From: a virus
Length of the DNA stretch: 5,697 nucleotides
Reading direction: 5' to 3' (one strand)
IMG/VR virus record: IMGVR_UViG_3300029330_000069
Shown: piece after piece, positions 1-5,697 of the stretch
How the letters are laid out: each line of letters opens with the position of its first letter
Position numbering within the stretch: the stretch's first letter is position 1
Notes under the pieces: model-generated
What the model saw: only the letters and a program-made list of their open reading frames with translations
What the model was told of the DNA's origin: nothing
Database searches by the model: none
Made by a program: the position numbers and the translations under genes

Positions 1-99
1 GGATGCAGAACTCTGGGTTGCGCCTTGCTTTTCATACGGCACGGGGCAACCGTGCCTAGCGCAAGGCCTCAAACAAAAGCCTTGCAATTTTTTTTTTTT
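1..99. repeat. Terminal direct repeat, identical to 5599..5697. This is the assembly overlap of a circular genome, so the unit genome is about 5598 nt.
   Basis: Window starts ggatgcagaactctgggttgcgcc...caattttttttttt and the same string restarts at 5599 and runs to the window end. Offset is 5598. Confidence 0.9.
22..67 (+). other. Nested stem-loop region in the Rep-M15 intergenic spacer; candidate origin or structural element of the ssDNA genome.
   Basis: gccttgc (22-28) can pair with gcaaggc (61-67). Inside it, ggcacgg (38-44) pairs with ccgtgcc (50-56) around loop ggcaa. A second gccttgc at 79-85 competes for the same 61-67 partner. Confidence 0.45.
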
Positions 100-100
100 T
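61..100 (+). terminator. Rho-independent terminator candidate downstream of rep. A 7-bp GC-rich stem (61-67/79-85) with an 11-nt loop, then AA and a T13 run (88-100).
   Basis: gcaaggc-ctcaaacaaaa-gccttgc-aa-ttttttttttttt read directly, about 90 nt downstream of the rep stop across the circular junction. Confidence 0.5.
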
Positions 101-108
101 GATAAAAT
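82..108 (+). promoter_or_regulatory. Weak sigma70-like promoter candidate for the late gene block, overlapping the T-run: TTGCAA, about 15 nt, TAAAAT.
   Basis: ttgcaa at 82-87 (5/6 to TTGACA) and taaaat at 103-108 (5/6 to TATAAT). Spacer is short (15 nt) and is the T-run itself. Confidence 0.2.
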
Positions 109-132
109 AAAAACGAAAGGGGGAAAAAAAAT

Positions 133-516
133 GTGAAAATTTACAGAATGCACAACGACAGAAACGGAAAAGTGACAGAAAATTTTAAGGTCAGGGAATA
201 TGCCTGTAAAGATGGCAGCGACCTGGTGCTGATAGCAGATGAACTAGCAGAGCTGCTACAGGAAATCCGAAACAGACTCGGAGTGCTGTACATCAACTCA
301 GGGTTCAGAACCGAAAAATGGAATGAAAAAGTAGGCGGAAAGCCTTACAGTTACCATCTGGCAGGAATGGCAGCGGACATCTGGGTAAAAAATGTAAGTC
401 CGAAAAAAGTGGCTCAGACAGCAAGCGAAATCCTCGACACACACGGAGGAGTGATCTTATACACAAACTTTGTGCATGTCGATGTAAGAAAAGACTTTTA
501 CAGAAAGGGGGTATAA
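133..516 (+). CDS. Peptidase M15 family (Peptidase_M15_3 / zinc D-Ala-D-Ala carboxypeptidase-like) cell-wall hydrolase; putative lysin.
   Basis: 127 aa from GTG 133, preceded by SD agggggaa at 116-123. Family hallmarks: ENFKVREYACKDGS, SGFRTEKWNEKVGG, SYHLAGMAADI (His/Asp Zn ligands), FVHVDVR (second His). No signal peptide or TM. An ATG at 148 is an alternative start but has no SD. Confidence 0.75.
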   Translation: MKIYRMHNDRNGKVTENFKVREYACKDGSDLVLIADELAELLQEIRNRLGVLYINSGFRTEKWNEKVGGKPYSYHLAGMAADIWVKNVSPKKVAQTASEILDTHGGVILYTNFVHVDVRKDFYRKGV

Positions 517-519
517 CCA

Positions 520-624
520 ATGATTACTTTGAAAGACGTCAGAGGGATTTTTAATCAGCTTCGGAAAATCCTAGCCATGCTGGACAAAATCTATCACGCA
601 ATGGGACTCGATAAGGAGGAGTAA
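520..624 (+). CDS. Small hypothetical protein (34 aa), tightly packed between the M15 and J-like genes.
   Basis: ATG 520 preceded by aaggggg (504-510) at 9-nt spacing. MITLKDVRGIFNQLRKILAMLDKIYHAMGLDKEE. Stop at 622-624, 2 nt before the next ATG. Below the ORF-track size cutoff. Confidence 0.35.
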   Translation: MITLKDVRGIFNQLRKILAMLDKIYHAMGLDKEE

Positions 625-626
625 AA

Positions 627-743
627 ATGGCACACAGAATGCCCGTAAATCCGAAAAAGGATAAGAAAATCTTCACCAACACGGCAAAGAAGACGAAAAA
701 AATCAATATCAACCCGAAACCGTCTCGGGGTGGTATCCGACTG
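627..743 (+). CDS. Small highly basic DNA-binding/packaging protein (phiX174 J-like / gokushovirus VP8-like), 38 aa.
   Basis: SD aaggagg (613-619) 7 nt before ATG 627. MAHRMPVNPKKDKKIFTNTAKKTKKINI NPKPSRGGIRL is lysine-rich and 38 aa, the same size and character as phiX J. It sits upstream of scaffold and capsid genes. Below the ORF-track cutoff. Confidence 0.6.
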
Positions 744-758
744 TAAGGAGGAAAAACC

Positions 759-1022
759 ATGATTTTTCAGGTATATGCAGTAAAAGACGAACTGGCCGGC
801 ACTTTCGGCAATCTGATGGTGGTCAACGAAAAGGTGGCAGCACGCACCTTTAAGTGGATGGCACAGGAGATGGAAAAGAGCGACACGGAAGACAAACGGG
901 TCTATCTGATGGCCCAGTACGACAACGAGAGCGGCCAGATCGTGCCGATCGGCATTCCGGAAATGGCCTATAACCTCGAAATCATGAAAAAGGAGCAGGA
1001 AAATGGCAGTAAGAATCTTTAA
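759..1022 (+). CDS. Hypothetical protein, 87 aa. Size and position fit a VP5/protein C-like non-structural protein; family not recognised.
   Basis: SD aaggagg (744-750) before ATG 759. Overlaps the next gene by 20 nt. No TM segment. Confidence 0.5.
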   Translation: MIFQVYAVKDELAGTFGNLMVVNEKVAARTFKWMAQEMEKSDTEDKRVYLMAQYDNESGQIVPIGIPEMAYNLEIMKKEQENGSKNL

Positions 1023-1497
1023 GCCATACGAAGACGAAAAACCACCGGCACTGTTCAACGATCCAGGCAGCATCATGGAACCGCAATATAAAGAACGGTA
1101 TGATGAAAGAGGCGTGGCATACCTCGAAAAAGTGGGCGAAGTCAACACCTACGAAAAAATCCAAAGTTACCGGGATGAATGTGACGTTATGAGCATCCTC
1201 AGCCGATACGCAGCGGGAGATCAGACTGTCCTTGCAACACCAGGCTGGTACATCGACACCAGCAAACTGCCGAACAGCTACACAGAATACATGAACCTCA
1301 TGAACGAGCAGCGAGAAAAATTCGAAAAACTGCCGCTCAACATCCGGGCAGCGTTCGGAATGTCCTTTGAAAAGTGGGCAGCGACCGCAGGTGATGAAAA
1401 CTGGATGAAAGCCATGGGCTTTGAAAAAAAGCAAAATGCACAAAAAGAAACCGCTGCAGCAACGGAAGAAGTTGTGCAGAAAGGAGAAAATAAATGA
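1003..1497 (+). CDS. VP3: Putative internal scaffolding protein (gokushovirus VP3-like), 164 aa.
   Basis: SD aaggag (991-996) before ATG 1003. Motifs SYRDECDVMSILSRY and KLPNSYTEYMNLMNEQREKFEKLPLNIRAAFGMSFEKW resemble conserved blocks I recall from gokushovirus VP3 scaffolds. Ends overlapping the VP1 start (ATGA). Confidence 0.55.
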   Translation: MAVRIFKPYEDEKPPALFNDPGSIMEPQYKERYDERGVAYLEKVGEVNTYEKIQSYRDECDVMSILSRYAAGDQTVLATPGWYIDTSKLPNSYTEYMNLMNEQREKFEKLPLNIRAAFGMSFEKWAATAGDENWMKAMGFEKKQNAQKETAAATEEVVQKGENK

Positions 1498-3182
1498 ACC
1501 GAAACAGTGAACAGCACTATGCACAAGTACCACGAGCAGAAATCCGGAGATCACGATTCAAACGAGATTTTAATTTGCTGACGACAATCAACGAGGGCGA
1601 TCTGGTGCCGATCTACTGTGATGAAGTGTTGCCGGGCGATACCGCAAAAATCAACATGAACGCACTCATGAGAATGAGTACACCACTCTATCCGGTCATG
1701 GATAACTGCAACTGCGACTTTTACTTCTTCTTCGTGCCGGCACGTCTGCTGTGGGACCACTTTGAAAACCTCATGGGACAGAACGATTCATCGTACTGGG
1801 CAGAACCAGTAGAATACACAACTCCGCAAGTAACAAGCCAAACAGGTTGGGAAGAAGGAACAATCGCAGATTATATGGGAATTCCAACCAACATAAAAAA
1901 CATATCAGTAAACGCTATGCCATTCAGAGCATATACAAAAATATGGAACGAATGGTTTAGAGACGAAAACTTGCAGCAGCCATCAAATCTAGACACAAGT
2001 GACAAAACACACACATATAGCCAAAACATAGAAGAAGACAAAAAAGAAATCAAAAGAGCGCAAATCGGAGGAAAACCGCTCAAAGTATGCAAATACAAAG
2101 ACTACTTCACAAGCTGCCTGCCGAGCCCTCAGAAAGGCGAAGCAGTGAAACTGCCACTGACAGGTAACGCACCAATCAGAACATACACTGATAAAGAAAT
2201 GACAAAACAAGCGGCCGCAATCGGAAACCCGGAAATATACTACTCGCCATGGACATGGGGAGGCACAGAAGCAAACCTCGAACAGACCTACGACTTAGAC
2301 GATATCCCAAAATTCCAAAGCAAACTAGTTGGAAAAGCAAAAGACAAATATAACTTCGTAGAACAAGGAAATATTAACCCCACCAAAACAGTATACTTAG
2401 GCGCAGATCTGAGCGCAACCACAAGCACAACGATCAACGAACTCCGACAGGCTATCGCAGTACAGCATATTCTGGAAAGAGATGCCAGAACGGGAAGCAG
2501 GTACAAAGAAATCTTACAGGGGGCCTGGGGGGTCACCTCGCCGGATGCACGACTTGACCGGAGCGAATACATCGGCGGATACAGACTGCCAATCAACATC
2601 AATCAGGTGGTACAGACCAGCTCGACCGACACCACAAGCCCGCAGGGCAACACTGGCGCATACAGCATGACAACCATGTCAAAAAAAATGTGCACCTACT
2701 CAGCTACAGAGCATGGCTACATCATCGGGCTCGCAGCAGTACGAGTAGAACACAGCTATCAGCAGGGCCTTGCACGGATGTGGACACGTAGCACCAGATT
2801 CAGCTACTATGACCCGATGCTTGCAAACCTCGGTGAACAAGCAGTGCTCAATCAAGAAATCTATGCACAAGGCAACGATCAGGATGAAGAAGTATTCGGC
2901 TATCAGGAAGCCTGGGCCGATTACAGGTACCGCACAAACATGGTAACCAGCGAAATGCGCAGCACCTACAAACAGACGCTGGATGCATGGCACTATGCAG
3001 ACAAATACAACGAATTACCAAAACTAAGTGCAAGCTGGATTCTGGAAGATGATAAAAACATCAACCGAACGCTGGCAGTACAGAGCTCCAACAGCCATCA
3101 GTTTATCTGCAACTTCTACTTCGACCAGACGTGGACAAGACCTCTCCCGATCTACAGCATCCCGGGCCTGGAAACGATTTAA
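1494..3182 (+). CDS. VP1: Major capsid protein VP1 (Microviridae F-protein family), 562 aa.
   Basis: N-terminus HYAQVPRAEIRRSRFKRDFNLLTTINEGDLVPIYCDEVLPGDT closely parallels chlamydiaphage/gokushovirus VP1 (..FAQVPSARIQRSSFDRS..TTFDAGYLIPIFCDEVLPGDTF). The 560-aa length is typical for Gokushovirinae. SD aaggag 1482-1487. Confidence 0.92.
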   Translation: MNRNSEQHYAQVPRAEIRRSRFKRDFNLLTTINEGDLVPIYCDEVLPGDTAKINMNALMRMSTPLYPVMDNCNCDFYFFFVPARLLWDHFENLMGQNDSSYWAEPVEYTTPQVTSQTGWEEGTIADYMGIPTNIKNISVNAMPFRAYTKIWNEWFRDENLQQPSNLDTSDKTHTYSQNIEEDKKEIKRAQIGGKPLKVCKYKDYFTSCLPSPQKGEAVKLPLTGNAPIRTYTDKEMTKQAAAIGNPEIYYSPWTWGGTEANLEQTYDLDDIPKFQSKLVGKAKDKYNFVEQGNINPTKTVYLGADLSATTSTTINELRQAIAVQHILERDARTGSRYKEILQGAWGVTSPDARLDRSEYIGGYRLPININQVVQTSSTDTTSPQGNTGAYSMTTMSKKMCTYSATEHGYIIGLAAVRVEHSYQQGLARMWTRSTRFSYYDPMLANLGEQAVLNQEIYAQGNDQDEEVFGYQEAWADYRYRTNMVTSEMRSTYKQTLDAWHYADKYNELPKLSASWILEDDKNINRTLAVQSSNSHQFICNFYFDQTWTRPLPIYSIPGLETI

Positions 3183-3194
3183 GGAGGGGACAAA

Positions 3195-4079
3195 ATGGGC
3201 TTGTTTACAACACTCATGGGCGGATTGCAAATAGCAGGAATGCTATCAAGCATCTACTCAAACCTCAAAGGCAATTCATCCAGCGCAACCGGACAGAACA
3301 CGATGAACAATACTATCACGAGTGGTACAGTCACAGGAAACAACGCTCAGACCACCACAGGAGCCGGAGGAAGTGTGCAGACAGGCAACACCTCAGCACT
3401 CGGAAACCTGCTATCCACGGCGCTAGGAACGCCTACAGGAAACAACAGTCAAACCGCAGCTGATTTCAACTTAGGCAGTGCAACAACAGCAAACGACCTG
3501 CAATCCAGTCAATGGAAACTCGGAAACATCATCAACTTAGGAGCAAGCTTAGCAACCAATGCGATGAGCGCAGCAAGCCAAAGCAGTGCAATGAGGTACA
3601 ACGCAAAGGAAGCACAGCTACAAAGAGACTGGGAGGAGCGGATGAGCTCAACAGCTTATCAAAGAGGCGTGAAAGACCTCAAAGCAGCAGGGTTAAATCC
3701 TATCCTGGCAGCTTACAACGGATACGGTGCAAGTACACCGTCCGGAGGTTACGCATCAGTGGGCGGAGGTCAAACCTACAGCCATACACAAGCAATGGCC
3801 ATTCCAGCAGCCAAAACGGCAACAATGCAGGCCATGTATGATTATGGCAACAACACAGCACAGGTACTGACGAACATGCAAGCAGCGATCAACAGCGCCA
3901 AACAGTCAAATGACTACTGGACAGCAGAACAGCTGCAAGGCATGATGAGCCAGATCACAGACACCAGCGCAAGACAGGTGGGCCAGCTGAGCAAAACAGA
4001 GCGGAACCAGTACAGCGAAGAAAAACAGAGCAAAGAAACTGAGGTATCCGGCAAAATTGAGGGCAAAATAAAACACTAA
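3195..4079 (+). CDS. VP2: Minor capsid / DNA pilot protein VP2, 294 aa.
   Basis: SD aaggagggg (3181-3189) before ATG 3195. Hydrophobic N-terminus [21 protein letters not shown], a Gly/Asn/Gln/Thr/Ala-rich low-complexity body, and the conserved gokushovirus VP2 block [27 protein letters not shown]. Confidence 0.8.
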   Translation: MGLFTTLMGGLQIAGMLSSIYSNLKGNSSSATGQNTMNNTITSGTVTGNNAQTTTGAGGSVQTGNTSALGNLLSTALGTPTGNNSQTAADFNLGSATTANDLQSSQWKLGNIINLGASLATNAMSAASQSSAMRYNAKEAQLQRDWEERMSSTAYQRGVKDLKAAGLNPILAAYNGYGASTPSGGYASVGGGQTYSHTQAMAIPAAKTATMQAMYDYGNNTAQVLTNMQAAINSAKQSNDYWTAEQLQGMMSQITDTSARQVGQLSKTERNQYSEEKQSKETEVSGKIEGKIKH

Positions 4080-4108
4080 TTGACAGGAAAGAACAGGAGG
4101 TGTATAAT
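4080..4108 (+). promoter_or_regulatory. Perfect consensus sigma70/sigmaA promoter: TTGACA (4080-4085), 17-nt spacer, TATAAT (4103-4108), TG immediately 5' of the -10. Predicted start near 4114-4116.
   Basis: Read directly: ttgaca ggaaagaacaggaggtg tataat. The -35 begins one base after the VP2 stop codon. Confidence 0.7.
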
Positions 4109-4148
4109 ATGAGTGTACTAATCACACACTTCATCTAGGAGGCACAAC

Positions 4149-4316
4149 ATGAGAAGTCAAGTAGTCAAACGTGTAAACATCAATCTGACACAAAAAGAGA
4201 TTAAATCACTTGAATACATCAAAACATGTAATCTTGAAAATACACGATACACCGAAAGCGATATCATCCGAGACGCAATAAACATGTATGCGGAAACAAT
4301 GGGCTTGCAGAATTAG
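4149..4316 (+). CDS. Ribbon-helix-helix (CopG/Arc/MetJ-like) DNA-binding protein, 55 aa; putative transcriptional regulator.
   Basis: SD aggagg (4137-4142) 6 nt before ATG 4149. MRSQVVKRVNINLTQKEIKSLEYIKTCNLENTRYTESDIIRDAINMYAETMGLQN. Pattern is basic N-terminal beta-strand (KRVNINLTQ), helix A (KEIKSLEYIK), turn (NTRYTESD), helix B (IIRDAINMYAETMG), as in CopG. Absent from the ORF track because it is under 60 aa. Confidence 0.6.
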   Translation: MRSQVVKRVNINLTQKEIKSLEYIKTCNLENTRYTESDIIRDAINMYAETMGLQN

Positions 4317-4323
4317 AAACGAA

Positions 4324-4375
4324 CATGGACGGGGAGACCCGTCCAGTTCTGCAACATCTGTCCATGGGTTTTTTT
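4324..4375 (+). terminator. Terminator candidate downstream of the RHH gene: alternative hairpins followed by a T7 run.
   Basis: catggac (4324-4330) pairs with gtccatg (4360-4366), then gg and ttttttt (4369-4375). An inner GC hairpin ggacggg-GAGA-cccgtcc (4327-4344) has a GNRA-type loop. Confidence 0.4.
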
Positions 4376-4396
4376 GGGCAAGAGCTAAATTTTCTG

Positions 4397-4441
4397 TCAA
4401 TGGGCCCCAATAACATCAAGAGGGTTATTGGGGCCCATTGA
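4397..4441 (+). other. Perfect 17-18 bp inverted repeat (hairpin) with a 9-nt loop, ending exactly at the Rep RBS. Candidate ssDNA origin/primosome hairpin or operator.
   Basis: t-caatgggccccaataac (4397-4414), loop atcaagagg (4415-4423), gttattggggcccattg-a (4424-4441), then aaaaggagg and ATG 4464. Confidence 0.6.
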
Positions 4442-4463
4442 AAAGGAGGTGCAACGAAACAAT

Positions 4464-5573
4464 ATGGCATGTACAAGACCGCTCGTAAGAATACCGACCA
4501 AAAGCGGAGAGTACCGCATAGTCAGCCTGAAAGGGTACATAGAGAGCACCGGCTTATACCTAAGCCAGAATGCAGACAAAAAGACTCAAGCCAGAAACGA
4601 AAAAAAAATCAAAGAGCTTCTGAAAAACCAGGATGCACAGCTTCTACCATGCGGTCACTGTCCAGCTTGCAAAATGGCAGCGGCCAGCAGCTGGGCAAAC
4701 AGAATGGAACTGGAACTACCATATCATGAAAATGCATGGTTCATTACATTGACATACGATGAAGAACATATACCACTTCGAGCAGTATGGAGCGAGGAAA
4801 CAGGCGAAATCTACACCGAGAACTACTCGCTCAGATATGAGGACATGCAAAAATTTTGGAAACGGCTCAGAGATCACATCAGATACCATGAAAAAAGCTG
4901 TGGTCAACTGATGTACTTTCAATGTGGTGAATACGGTGGAAAAACACACAGGCCACATTATCATGCGATCGTATATGATCTCCCGATAAAAAAAGAAGAA
5001 TTAAAAATTTACAAAAAGAAAAACGGCGCAGTGTATTACAATGTAGATTGGATCACAAAATTGTGGGGTTTGGGTTATGTTGTCATTGCTCCGGCAGAAT
5101 GGAAAGCAATGGCATATACAGCCAGATACACCACAAAAAAAGTATATGGAAAGGAGGGCAAAGAATTTTATAACGAACTCGGGATTCTGCCAGAGAAATG
5201 CAACATGAGCAAAAGACCAGCAATTGGAGCGAGATATTTTGAAGAACACAGCAAAGAGATCTACGAAAATGATAAGATTCAACTGAAAAATGGAAAAGTA
5301 TGCAAACCGCCACGATATTTCGACAAGCTGTATGATGCACAATGCCTAAGAAAACCACTCTCGGAATCAGAAGTGGAAGATATTGAGCTGATAACAGAAA
5401 AAGCCGAGTCCGATGAACTTAAAGCGATAAAAAGAAAGCGTCGTAAACTCGCAAATGACGCACTCTTCGCTAAGCTCAAACAGAACAACGGCTTAACTCT
5501 ACAAGAATATTATAACAAGGAAGAACAACTAATTCAAGACAAATTCAAAAAACTGATAAGGAACGAAATATAA
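4464..5573 (+). CDS. VP4: Rolling-circle replication initiator protein (Microviridae VP4 / phiX174 protein A family), 369 aa from ATG 4464.
   Basis: SD aaggagg (4443-4449) before ATG 4464. N-terminus MACTRPL (M-x-C-x-x-P typical of gokushovirus VP4), Cys cluster CGHCPACK, motif I WFITLTYD, HUH motif HYHAIVY (4956-4976), catalytic di-tyrosine motif YTARYTTKK (5115-5141; compare phiX A YVAKYVNKK). The ORF-track TTG 4428 start lies inside the hairpin and lacks an SD. Confidence 0.9.
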   Translation: MACTRPLVRIPTKSGEYRIVSLKGYIESTGLYLSQNADKKTQARNEKKIKELLKNQDAQLLPCGHCPACKMAAASSWANRMELELPYHENAWFITLTYDEEHIPLRAVWSEETGEIYTENYSLRYEDMQKFWKRLRDHIRYHEKSCGQLMYFQCGEYGGKTHRPHYHAIVYDLPIKKEELKIYKKKNGAVYYNVDWITKLWGLGYVVIAPAEWKAMAYTARYTTKKVYGKEGKEFYNELGILPEKCNMSKRPAIGARYFEEHSKEIYENDKIQLKNGKVCKPPRYFDKLYDAQCLRKPLSESEVEDIELITEKAESDELKAIKRKRRKLANDALFAKLKQNNGLTLQEYYNKEEQLIQDKFKKLIRNEI

Positions 5574-5598
5574 GGAACGGCGATTAAAGGCGCAATCC

Positions 5599-5697
5599 GG
5601 ATGCAGAACTCTGGGTTGCGCCTTGCTTTTCATACGGCACGGGGCAACCGTGCCTAGCGCAAGGCCTCAAACAAAAGCCTTGCAATTTTTTTTTTTT
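5599..5697. repeat. Second copy of the terminal overlap, redundant with 1..99.
   Basis: Exact match to 1..99 by direct reading. Confidence 0.9.

Noticed and set aside
4109-4138. 9-codon ORF (MSVLITHFI) with an AGGAGG 8 nt upstream, between the promoter -10 and the RHH gene
   Set aside because: Its SD and ATG lie inside or upstream of the predicted transcription start of the consensus promoter, so they would not be on that transcript. Too short to assess.
4398-4440. Resemblance of the reverse complement of the hairpin loop region (cccTCTTGATGTTATTG) to the phiX174 ori core (aaCTTGATATTAATAAC)
   Set aside because: The match is partial and on the minus strand. The Microviridae nick site must be on the viral (+) strand, so this is probably coincidental.
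4080-4463. Search for a dif/XerCD-like site (arms of about 11 bp around a 6-8 bp AT-rich centre) that would indicate a dif-integrating temperate gokushovirus
   Set aside because: No convincing dif-like motif seen by eye in either intergenic region. The 17-bp perfect palindrome has the wrong geometry (arms too long, 9-nt spacer). Cannot exclude without a host-specific dif model.
4601-4609. A9 and A8 homopolymers inside rep (4601-4609) and VP1 (about 2680-2688) as possible programmed slippage sites
   Set aside because: The reading frames remain open through them and the genome is generally A-rich. These are more likely compositional than functional.
2482-4729. Plus-strand alternate-frame ORFs embedded in VP1, VP2 and rep (2482..2670, 3028..3234, 3131..3463, 3512..3841, 4469..4729), considered as phiX-style overlapping genes such as E, K or B
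   Set aside because: All are extremely Arg/Lys/His/Gln-rich, as expected from frame-shifted A-rich codons. None has an SD or a transmembrane segment of the kind an E-like lysis protein needs. Not supportable from sequence alone.
305-5488. All minus-strand ORFs in the track (for example 594..1148, 982..1554, 2288..2602, 2700..2993, 4206..4400, 5001..5342)
   Set aside because: Every one overlaps a well-supported + strand gene and lacks an SD. Microviridae are transcribed from one strand only. The products are low-complexity Cys/Phe/Leu-rich strings typical of antisense reading of A-rich coding sequence.
1-5697. CRISPR arrays, tRNA or other RNA genes
   Set aside because: No spaced direct repeats and no tRNA-like cloverleaf candidates noticed. 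The only repeats are the terminal overlap and short intergenic palindromes.

Overview
The window is a complete circular ssDNA microvirus genome (family Microviridae, gokushovirus-like) of about 5598 nt. Bases 1-99 are identical to 5599-5697, so the window is a circle written out with a 99-nt overlap. All credible genes lie on the + strand, as expected for this family. In order they are: a small peptidase M15 (M15_3-like) cell-wall hydrolase, a 34-aa peptide, a 38-aa highly basic J/VP8-like DNA-binding protein, an 87-aa hypothetical protein, a VP3-like internal scaffolding protein, the major capsid protein VP1 (562 aa; N-terminus close to chlamydiaphage VP1), the VP2 minor capsid/DNA-pilot protein, and the rolling-circle replication initiator VP4. 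The most unusual region is the 384-nt VP2-Rep spacer. It holds a self-contained cassette on its own: a perfect consensus sigma70 promoter (TTGACA-17 nt-TATAAT), a 55-aa ribbon-helix-helix (CopG/Arc-like) protein missing from the ORF track because it is under 60 aa, a hairpin + T7 terminator, and then a perfect 17-18 bp inverted repeat abutting the Rep ribosome-binding site. A dedicated transcription factor under its own promoter is not part of the canonical Microviridae gene set. Together with the M15 peptidase on the other side of rep, the replication gene is flanked by two accessory modules. Every gene has a strong AAGGAGG-type Shine-Dalgarno, which argues against a Bacteroidetes host.
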